A stretch of DNA of 47,900 nucleotides from Opitutaceae bacterium (lineage in GTDB: Bacteria > Verrucomicrobiota > Verrucomicrobiia > Opitutales > Opitutaceae). This document shows positions 20,366-28,246 of this stretch, piece by piece. A program made the position numbers and the translations under genes. Below the pieces are notes generated by a model. It was not told the DNA's origin. It searched no databases and was given only the letters and a program-made list of their open reading frames with translations. The first letter of the stretch is position 1; each line of letters opens with the position of its first letter. The DNA is taken from the NCBI GenBank assembly GCA_027485045.1, contig JAIXRU010000246.1, positions 1 through 47,900 on the forward strand, given 5' to 3'.

Positions 20366-23185
20366 ATGACTAAACTACTTAATCACGCCTTCAGCTTGCT
20401 CGTGGTACTGCTGTTATTCGTCACTGCAAGCACCACCTCCTCCGCCCAGCCCAACTCCCTCGGCACGCTTTCCGGTCGTGTCACCGACAGCGCCACCAAA
20501 CTCGCCTTGGGCGGCACGCGCGTGTCGGTGGTCGGCACCACCATCACCTCGTATGCCAATCAAAGCGGCGATTACGTGCTCTTTGATGTGCCAGCCGGCC
20601 CGCAAACGATCGAGTTTAGCTACGTGGGCTACAGCGACGTGCGCCAACCGGTCACGGTGTCGCCCGAGGGCAGCACCACGCTTAACCACGCTTTCGGCGG
20701 CAATGTGGTGACCTTGGAAAAAATAGTCATCACCGGCAACGCCGTGGGCACCGCCCGGGCGATCAACCAGCAGCGCGCCGCCGATACCCTCACCAACGTG
20801 GTGGCGGCCGACGACATCGGACGTTTCCCCGATCAAAATGCCGCCGAATCCATCCAACGCATACCGGGGCTCGCGGTCTACCGCGACCAGGGCGAAGGCC
20901 GTTTCATCGTGGTTCGCGGCATCCGTCCCGACCTCAATTCCGTTCAACTCAACGGTGCGACCATCGCCTCCCCCGACCGCGGCGCCCGCACCATGCCACT
21001 CGACGTGCTGCCCAGCGACGCCCTCGGCTCGGTGGAAGTCACCAAAGTTTCCACCCCCGACCAGGAGTCCGGAGGCCTAGGCGGCAACGTAAACCTGAAA
21101 ACCCGCAGCCCTTTCGATGCCGATGGACGCCTGCTGCAACTCTCCGCCCAGGGCCAGTATAACGACCTCCGCGACCGGCTGAGCGGCAAATACAGCGGCA
21201 CCTACTCCGACGTATTTAACGACGGCAAACTCGGCGTCATTTTCAGCCCGACCTGGCAGGACCGTCGCTTCGGCTCGGACAATTACGAGGTATCCAATCC
21301 CTGGGTGCTGCGGAACATTCCCGGCTCCAGCCCCGTGCAACAGACGTTTTTCAACCAGGATATCAACTACCGCGAATATGACATCACCCGCACCCGTTAT
21401 GGCGCTAATGCGGCGATCGAATTCAAGCCCGATGCCGATTCGCTGTATTATATACGCACCCTGTATTCGCACTTCGCCGACGAAGAGAACCGCTTCGTGA
21501 CCACCATTCCTTTCTCCGAGGGCACCATCAGCGCGCTGAGCAGCGACAGCGCCACCGTCACCGAAGTGCGTCGCGAAAACAAACAGCTCCGCGTCCGCAG
21601 CAAAATCCAGGACCTCTACGCCTACTCCCTCGGTGCCGAAAAAACCGTAAACAACTGGCGCTTCGACGTCCGCGCCGCCTACAGCCAGGGCGATGAGGAA
21701 CGCAAGTCCGAGTCCGTGATCTTCCGCAAATCCACCCGGGGCACCAACTGGAGCTACTCCTTCGCTCCCGGCACCTACTCGCCCACCGTTGCACAAATCA
21801 GCGGCCCCAGCATCGACAACCCGGCGGTTTTCAACGAACTCAACCAGCTCCGCAGCGAGCCCGGCACCGCGACCGAAAAAGAGTACAACCTAGGCGGCAA
21901 TGCTCGCAGCGATTTCACTGTCGGCGGCGACCTGCCCGCCTTCGTAAAATTCGGCACCCAGGCCCGTCTCAAGGAAAAATCCCAGGACCGCGAACGCACC
22001 AACTACACCGCGCCTAGCTCCTTCACCTTTGCCTCCCTGTCCGAGCCCCAGGGCACCGATGAGTATCCCTTCTTCACCGGCCCGCGCATCAACGCCACCA
22101 AGTTTACCAACACCTTTATCAACAACAAAGGTGCCTTCACCGGCACCCGCTCGGTCACCGACAGCCTCGGCGACGACTGGAAAACCGACGAAGACGTCTA
22201 TGCCGGCTACGGTATGGCCGGCGTGACTGTGGACAAACTCACCGTCAGCAGCGGCGCCCGCTACGAGCACACCACGGTCAATGCCAGCGGCAATGTGTTA
22301 ACCACCAAAGGCAGCACCGTGACCATCAAACCCGGCGAACGCAGCCGCGACTACGACAACGTGCTGCCCGGAGCTTACCTGCGCTACGACCTCGACAAAC
22401 AAACCGTATTGCGCACCTCCTACAGCACCAGCCTGGCCCGTCCTGCCTTCGGAGATTCCGCTCTCCGCCGTTCTGTGAATGACGACACCAAGATCGTCAC
22501 CGAAAGCAATCCCGGCCTCAAAGCCCTGACTTCCGATAACTACGACGCCTCGGTCGAACGCTACTTCGAGTCGCTCGGAACCTTCTCGATCGCTGGTTTT
22601 CACAAGGAGATCAAAAACTTCACTTACCAGGCCACCTTGCCCGGTGTTACCGATCCCGAGACCGGCTATGGGCTCAACACCTTCGTCAATGGACCCAGCG
22701 GCCACATCTCCGGCCTGGAGTTCGCCTGGCAGCACCAGTTGACCTTCCTGCCCTCGCCGCTCGATGGCTTCGGATTGCTTTTCAACTATACCTTGAGCGA
22801 CAGCTCCGCCCGCTACCTGCGCACTGCCACCGGGACGTTCGAGAAGACCGCTTTTATCGGCCAGTCCCGCTCCATCGGCAACGTCGCCCTCAGCTACGAG
22901 AAATATGGTTTCTTCGCCCGCCTCGCGCTCAACTTCCGCTCGCCCCGCCTTCGTGAAGACGAAGCCATCGGTGCCAGCGCGAACGACGACCGTTACGTGG
23001 ATAGCTACAACCAGTTCGATTTCACCACCAGCTACAAACTCAGCAACCAAATCGAGCTCTTCGGCGAAGTTTTGAACCTCACCAACGAACCGTTCCGAGT
23101 CGCCTTGGGCAAAGATCGCACCCGCTTCGTCCAGTTTGAGGAATACGGCGTAAGCGCCAACTTCGGCGTGCGTTGGAAACTGTAA
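20366..23185 (+). CDS. TonB-dependent receptor
   Basis: Signal peptide, carboxypeptidase-regulatory-like N-domain, plug (FPDQNAAESIQRIPG..DQGEGRF..VRG), barrel ending NLTNE...GVRWKL. Confidence 0.93.
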   Translation: MTKLLNHAFSLLVVLLLFVTASTTSSAQPNSLGTLSGRVTDSATKLALGGTRVSVVGTTITSYANQSGDYVLFDVPAGPQTIEFSYVGYSDVRQPVTVSPEGSTTLNHAFGGNVVTLEKIVITGNAVGTARAINQQRAADTLTNVVAADDIGRFPDQNAAESIQRIPGLAVYRDQGEGRFIVVRGIRPDLNSVQLNGATIASPDRGARTMPLDVLPSDALGSVEVTKVSTPDQESGGLGGNVNLKTRSPFDADGRLLQLSAQGQYNDLRDRLSGKYSGTYSDVFNDGKLGVIFSPTWQDRRFGSDNYEVSNPWVLRNIPGSSPVQQTFFNQDINYREYDITRTRYGANAAIEFKPDADSLYYIRTLYSHFADEENRFVTTIPFSEGTISALSSDSATVTEVRRENKQLRVRSKIQDLYAYSLGAEKTVNNWRFDVRAAYSQGDEERKSESVIFRKSTRGTNWSYSFAPGTYSPTVAQISGPSIDNPAVFNELNQLRSEPGTATEKEYNLGGNARSDFTVGGDLPAFVKFGTQARLKEKSQDRERTNYTAPSSFTFASLSEPQGTDEYPFFTGPRINATKFTNTFINNKGAFTGTRSVTDSLGDDWKTDEDVYAGYGMAGVTVDKLTVSSGARYEHTTVNASGNVLTTKGSTVTIKPGERSRDYDNVLPGAYLRYDLDKQTVLRTSYSTSLARPAFGDSALRRSVNDDTKIVTESNPGLKALTSDNYDASVERYFESLGTFSIAGFHKEIKNFTYQATLPGVTDPETGYGLNTFVNGPSGHISGLEFAWQHQLTFLPSPLDGFGLLFNYTLSDSSARYLRTATGTFEKTAFIGQSRSIGNVALSYEKYGFFARLALNFRSPRLREDEAIGASANDDRYVDSYNQFDFTTSYKLSNQIELFGEVLNLTNEPFRVALGKDRTRFVQFEEYGVSANFGVRWKL

Positions 23186-23198
23186 GACAGCACCTCCC

Positions 23199-24254
23199 AT
23201 GTTCCCTCGCCTCGTCTTAGGTCTGGCCCTGGCGTCTCTCGGCGCCTGTGCCCGGGCACCCTTGCCGGACGCCGACGCCACCAACGCGGCCGTCAAACCG
23301 CGCGTGGTCACCCAACCGGTTCCTCATGACAGTGACGATCCCGCCATCTGGATCAACCGCGCGGATCCCGCCAAAAGCCTAGTGATAGGCACCGACAAAG
23401 AAACGGCCGGGGGGCTCTATGTCTTTGACCTGGCCGGCCGGATCGTCGCCCAGACCCCCGTACTCAAACGCCCCAACAACGTCGATATCATCACCGGTTT
23501 CCTGCTCGGCGGTAAACCCACCGACATCGCCGTGACCACGGAGCGGGAAATGCAGCGCCTGCGCATCTTCCGCCTGCCCGACCTCGAACCGCTCGATCAA
23601 GGCGATCTGGTCGTCTTCGACGGCGACAAAACCCGCGCCCCGATGGGTATCGCGCTCTACTGCCGCCCCCTGGATGGAGCCGTCTATGCCATCGCCGGTG
23701 GCAAGAGCGGACCGGCCGACGGCTACCTTTGGCAATATCGCTTGGAGGATGATGGCTCCGGCAAAATCAAAATGACCAAAGTCCGCGCCTTTGGCCGCTA
23801 CAGCGGCAAAAAGGAAATCGAAGCCATCGCCGTCGATGCCGAACTCGGTTTCATTTACTACAGCGACGAACAATTCGGCGTGCATAAATACCGGGCCGAC
23901 CCCGATGCCGCCGACGCGGCCCAGGAGCTGGCGCTGTTTGGCACGACGGGTTTCGCCAGCGATCTCGAAGGCATCTCGATCTATCCCCAGCCGGGAGGCC
24001 AGGGCTATGTTATCGTCTCCAATCAACAAGCCGACACGTTCCGTATCTTCCCGCGCAACGGCACGCCCGGCCAGCCCAACAATCACCCGCTCCTAGCCAG
24101 TGTGCGCTTGTCGACCCTGGAAAGCGACGGCAGCGACGTGTCCAATCACGAACTGCCCGGCTTCCCCGGCGGCCTATTCGTGGCCATGTCCACCGACCGC
24201 ACCTACCACTTCTACGCCTGGGACGACATCGCCAAAGCCGCGAAGCTTAAGTAA
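23199..24254 (+). CDS. Beta-propeller phytase (3-phytase), lipoprotein
   Basis: Lipobox LGAC; DSDDPAIW, IGTDK..GGLYV, NNVD, EIEAIAVD, DLEGI, VSNQ, ESDG motifs. Confidence 0.92.
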   Translation: MFPRLVLGLALASLGACARAPLPDADATNAAVKPRVVTQPVPHDSDDPAIWINRADPAKSLVIGTDKETAGGLYVFDLAGRIVAQTPVLKRPNNVDIITGFLLGGKPTDIAVTTEREMQRLRIFRLPDLEPLDQGDLVVFDGDKTRAPMGIALYCRPLDGAVYAIAGGKSGPADGYLWQYRLEDDGSGKIKMTKVRAFGRYSGKKEIEAIAVDAELGFIYYSDEQFGVHKYRADPDAADAAQELALFGTTGFASDLEGISIYPQPGGQGYVIVSNQQADTFRIFPRNGTPGQPNNHPLLASVRLSTLESDGSDVSNHELPGFPGGLFVAMSTDRTYHFYAWDDIAKAAKLK

Positions 24255-24561
24255 CGCCAAGTCTACCTAGCCTTGCTCGTTTCGACGGACCGGCCCTAAC
24301 CGGTTCGCCGATCACTTCCGACACCGGGACCAAACCTTCTCCGAGCATATCCAGACGGCTTGGTTTTCGGAGCTTTCTACCCGCAAGGCTCGATCAGCTT
24401 TTACGTCGCCGGCGTCTCCGTCAGCCTGAAATCCTCCTCATTCTTCCTCCCCAGCCGTTCTATTTTTTCGGCCGTCATATAGTGCTATGCAATAAGCACC
24501 TGTGTATTATTTTTTAAACGACAGCTTTTGCGCCACCCCATTCTCAGATTATCCCGGCAGT

Positions 24562-24577
24562 TGGCATGGGTGATGCT
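24562..24577 (+). promoter_or_regulatory. Sigma54 (-24/-12) promoter candidate with no downstream long ORF
   Basis: TGGCATG-ggtg-ATGCT closely matches TGGCACG-N4-TTGCW; an AT-rich tract lies upstream. Confidence 0.5.
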
Positions 24578-24585
24578 AAATTAAC

Positions 24586-24712
24586 AGTGTTCTTAGATAA
24601 CACTTCCCTGCCAAGGCAGGGTTTAGGGGTAAACATGGAGCCCGGTTTCACACCCGGGCAAGAATAGTATAGGGCCCGCCGTTTAGGGGTAATCGGCGGG
24701 CCCTCATTATTT
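24586..24712 (+). ncRNA. Candidate structured small RNA (or leader with a 10-codon ORF)
   Basis: Consecutive hairpins, GTTTAGGGGTAA repeated at 24621 and 24681, and a final perfect 11-bp stem AGGGCCCGCCG/CGGCGGGCCCT. Confidence 0.4.
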
Positions 24713-24757
24713 ACCAAGAACGAAACCGCGCGTCTTTCCCGTGCCGATCGCAATGAC

Positions 24758-24883
24758 CCGCTAACGCCGAGGCCATGTCAGGCCAGCCGCTGAAGCGGCT
24801 AGAGGCCGACCCATCGCCCCCCCTAGTTTCGCTGCGCGAAACCACTCGAATCTGCGGCGCTCATTGAGCCGCCGCATTAGCGG
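24758..24883 (-). mobile_element. attC-like or MITE-like 126-bp element
   Basis: Minus strand begins CCGCTAAT GCGGCG GCTCAA and ends CTCGGC GTTAGCGG. Imperfect terminal inverted repeats with unpaired bases and internal hairpins. Confidence 0.35.
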
Positions 24884-24913
24884 TAAGTCCCCTTTCAGTG
24901 TGAGCTCACGCTT

Positions 24914-25789
24914 TCACCCCAACACCAGCGCCACCGCCGCGAACATCAGCCCGGCGCCCACTAGCCGCCACCGCCGCACCCGTGCGGGCAGATTTCGCTC
25001 CCCCTCCGTGCCCAGCCACGCCCCCAACAAAACTACCGCCAGCACACTCCAAAGCCCCCGCGTGCTATACAAGATGTTAGCGACCGTCGCCCGCCCATAC
25101 ACCCCCAAACCGTAGGCCATGCCCACCGCCTGAAACGCCAGCAGCACCGCCCCCGGCAGCAACCACCGCCACGCCGCCCCGGGGATCTTCCGCAACGGCG
25201 CGGCAAACACCGGGATCAACCCGAATGAAAACCCCGCCACCATCCCGAACATCAGCGGCAAAAACCGCCCCGGCCCCCACCCCGGCGTAAAGCGCTGCAC
25301 CAACACATCGCTTAACGCGAACACCAGCGCCGCCCCCGCCGCCAGCGCCACCGTGCGCCGCGAGTTTTGCCCGCCCGCCCCCGACCGGGGCGATGCCTGC
25401 AACAAACCCACCGCCACCGTCGCCATACCCGCCGCCACCCACCACACCGGCCGCACCGGCTCGTCCACCCACACCGCACTCGCCCCCGCCACGAACAAAA
25501 TCTTCAGCCCCATCACCGGCGTCGCCAGCGACACATCCCCCGCCAGGGCCAGAAACGTAAACACCTGCCCGATAAAAAACAGCCCCGCACACACCGCCGG
25601 CTGCCACAACTCCGCCAGCGTAATCTCCCCTCCACCCAACAACCACAAAGGCGCGAAACACAGCCCCATCGCCAGATTCGAGACAAACGCCGTCCGCCAC
25701 AAACCCACCCCGTAAACCGAGGCCCGCTTCACCAGCAGCACCGCCACCACATAACCCAACGCGCTCGCCAACGGCAAAACCGTCGCCAT
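24914..25789 (-). CDS. DMT/EamA-family transporter
   Basis: About 10 TM helices in two repeats (GDVSLATPVMGLKILFV; ILYSTRGLWSV). ATG at 25789. Confidence 0.82.
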   Translation of the reverse strand: MATVLPLASALGYVVAVLLVKRASVYGVGLWRTAFVSNLAMGLCFAPLWLLGGGEITLAELWQPAVCAGLFFIGQVFTFLALAGDVSLATPVMGLKILFVAGASAVWVDEPVRPVWWVAAGMATVAVGLLQASPRSGAGGQNSRRTVALAAGAALVFALSDVLVQRFTPGWGPGRFLPLMFGMVAGFSFGLIPVFAAPLRKIPGAAWRWLLPGAVLLAFQAVGMAYGLGVYGRATVANILYSTRGLWSVLAVVLLGAWLGTEGERNLPARVRRWRLVGAGLMFAAVALVLG

Positions 25790-25900
25790 CGCCGGCGCCC
25801 CGCCCACCGCTAAACCGAGAAAAAATCCTTGGCTGTTCAAGCCCTCAAGCTGCGCGCTCACCCTCCGCCCGCAAGCCCCTAGGTTTTTATAGATCAATCC

Positions 25901-25973
25901 TGCAAATTATTGCAAATATCCCTTGGTAAATTCTGGTAAATAATGCAAATCATGCCTTTTAAAAGCTGCAAAT
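25901..25973. repeat. Cluster of TGCAAAT/TGGTAAAT direct repeats in a divergent promoter region
   Basis: TGCAAAT at 25901, 25911, 25944 and 25967; TGGTAAAT at 25924 and 25934. Confidence 0.6.
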
Positions 25974-26045
25974 CACCCCTTTTACTCAAGCATAAGGATC
26001 GTCGATATCCTATCCCCTATTTTTCGGAAACTTTCCTGCCCGCCG

Positions 26046-28193
26046 ATGCCTTTTCCGCTTTCTTCCACCCTTGGCTTCTTCCCCCTGTCCGCGCTCCCCC
26101 GCCTGCTAGGGATAGTCTGCCTGGCCGCCTGGCTCTGCCCCGTTGCCCGCGCCTCCAACCCCCTCGGCCTCACCCCCGGCACCGCCGCCACCGTCACCCT
26201 CGGCCAGATCACCACCCTCGCCAACTTCAACACCTCCACCGCCGCTGCGGACATCAGCTATACCAACTCCGACCTCGCCACCCGCTCCTACGTCGTGCGC
26301 CTGCCGACCGGTTATAACGCGTCCGACCCGGCCAAAACCTACGGCCTCGTCACCTACATCGATGCCGGCGATGCCCATACTTTTCCCGCCTCCTACGCCG
26401 CCGCGCTCGACGCCCGCAACGTCATCTGGATCGGAGGCATCGGCATAGGAAACGCCCAGTTCACCGACCTGCGCCGCGGCGTCGCCATCATGGGTGCCTA
26501 CCGCCTTTCCCAGCTCTACCCCATCGACCCCGCCCGCATCTACGTCTCCGGTCTCTCCGGCGGCTCGCGCACCGCCAACGATCTGGCGTATCTGCGCAGC
26601 GACTACTTCCGTGGCTTCATCGGCCGCGTCGGCTCCAGCCTCCCCGCCATCATCCCCGGCTGGCAAACCGCCGGCTCCAATTCCAACGTAAACAACTTCG
26701 ACGCCGACTACGAATACATGTCGGTCAACAGCGCCGACCCGTCGGTTGTCCTGCCCGCCTATTTTCGCACCGTACTGATGACCCAATACGGCGATTTCCG
26801 CCGCTCCGAGCAGCTCGCTGTCTACCGCTACGGCCACCTCAACCACGGCAATCAGGTGCGCCTCGTCATGCGCCCCGGCGGCCACTCCGACGAGGTCGGC
26901 CCCAGCTTCACCGACGCCCTCGACTTCCTGTACCACCCGCTGGTAGATCTCGTTTGGGACCGTTTTCAAAATAGCGACCTCTCGACCAACCCGCCTTCCG
27001 GAGGAGACACCGTCGCCGGCACCGGCTTTACCAGCCTGTCCGGCACCGTCAGCGAGACGACCTACAGCTACAACTCCACCACCCACGGCGTGCTTCGCCT
27101 CAACGGCGACGGTGCCGCAGTGCGCGCCAACGATACCTTCACCTGGAAAGACCCTTCCGGCATCCTCCTCGACGCCCGCCTTCGCGCCGAGACCGCCACC
27201 GGTCTCAACCAGCAAATCGGCCTTCACATCCTCCCGGCCAACGCCCCCGAAACCACCCCCGCCACCCAGACCGGGTTTCACCTCTACTGGGTTTACGGCC
27301 AGCCCGACCGGGCCGAACTCGTCACCGTCGACGGCACACGCAAGACCCTCGCCACCTGGGAGCACACCGCCACCCACCCCATGAACCTCGCCACCACCGT
27401 CACCTCGCCGCAGTCAGGCGAGGGCGTGGTCACCGAAAAAACCTTCTGGCATAATAACAACTCCGCCCCCGCCTTCGCCGGACGCACCCAGGCCTTCCGG
27501 GGCGAAGACGTGCGCCTCGTGCTCAACTCCGTCGGCTTCCAGCTCACCTTCAACCGCCCGGCCGTAAACCTGACCACGGCTTACACCGGCAAAGTCGTCA
27601 CCGCCACCACCGACGCCGTCACGACCAACCCCAACGAAACCTTCCCCATCGTCCTGCAAGGCTTCTGGAGCGAAGTGGAAACCGCCGCCATTAACGCCCT
27701 GCCCGCAGGCAGCTATAAACTGCTTCTCACCAACGATGCCATCACCCCCGGCCAACCGGTCGGCAACGCCCTCGTGGACGAGCTGCACCTCATCGCCTCC
27801 AGCTCCCCCACCGCGCTGCAAAACTGGCGCGCCCTGAATTTCGGCACCACCTCCTCTACCGGCACCGCCGCCGACCTCGCCGACCCCGATGGCGACGGCC
27901 TGCCCAATCTTCTCGAATACGCCCTCGCCTCCAACCCCAACGCTCCCGCCTCCGCCAACGCCCCCACCGCCTCCCTGCTCCCCGCTCCCGGCTCCACCCT
28001 CGTCCTCAGCTTCCTCCGCGCCCGCTCCGGACTCACCTACACCGTCGAGGCCTCCTCCACTCTCGCCCCCGATTCCTGGACCGTCATCGCCACCAACCCC
28101 GGCACCGTCAGCCCCACCGTGCCCGTCACCGTCACCGACTCCGTCGCCCCCGCGCCGAGCCGTTTCCTCCGTTTGCGGGTGACCGCGCCGTAA
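26046..28193 (+). CDS. Exported esterase-like protein with C-terminal DPDxDG/FLRLR module
   Basis: Signal peptide ..PVARA/S; YVVRLP.GY, IDPARIYVSGLSGG (GxSxG), GGH. Beta-rich middle, then C-terminal WRALNFG..DPDGDGLPNLLEYAL...RFLRLRVTAP. Confidence 0.8.
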   Translation: MPFPLSSTLGFFPLSALPRLLGIVCLAAWLCPVARASNPLGLTPGTAATVTLGQITTLANFNTSTAAADISYTNSDLATRSYVVRLPTGYNASDPAKTYGLVTYIDAGDAHTFPASYAAALDARNVIWIGGIGIGNAQFTDLRRGVAIMGAYRLSQLYPIDPARIYVSGLSGGSRTANDLAYLRSDYFRGFIGRVGSSLPAIIPGWQTAGSNSNVNNFDADYEYMSVNSADPSVVLPAYFRTVLMTQYGDFRRSEQLAVYRYGHLNHGNQVRLVMRPGGHSDEVGPSFTDALDFLYHPLVDLVWDRFQNSDLSTNPPSGGDTVAGTGFTSLSGTVSETTYSYNSTTHGVLRLNGDGAAVRANDTFTWKDPSGILLDARLRAETATGLNQQIGLHILPANAPETTPATQTGFHLYWVYGQPDRAELVTVDGTRKTLATWEHTATHPMNLATTVTSPQSGEGVVTEKTFWHNNNSAPAFAGRTQAFRGEDVRLVLNSVGFQLTFNRPAVNLTTAYTGKVVTATTDAVTTNPNETFPIVLQGFWSEVETAAINALPAGSYKLLLTNDAITPGQPVGNALVDELHLIASSSPTALQNWRALNFGTTSSTGTAADLADPDGDGLPNLLEYALASNPNAPASANAPTASLLPAPGSTLVLSFLRARSGLTYTVEASSTLAPDSWTVIATNPGTVSPTVPVTVTDSVAPAPSRFLRLRVTAP
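27816..28193 (+). repeat. Copy 1 of the shared terminal module (DNA-level repeat of 39363-39749)
   Basis: Long near-identical stretches such as gccgacctcgccgaccccga, ctcacctacaccgtcga, ctcgcccccgattcctgg and catcgccaccaaccccggcaccgtc occur in both genes. Confidence 0.85.
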
Positions 28194-28246
28194 GCGATAC
28201 CGACTGGTCTCCGTAGCGCCATGTCATTGCCAGTAAAAGCGTATCA

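Noticed and set aside
24621-24692. GTTTAGGGGTAA repeated at 60-bp spacing as a mini-CRISPR
   Set aside because: Only two 12-bp copies and no cas genes; better explained as RNA loop motifs.
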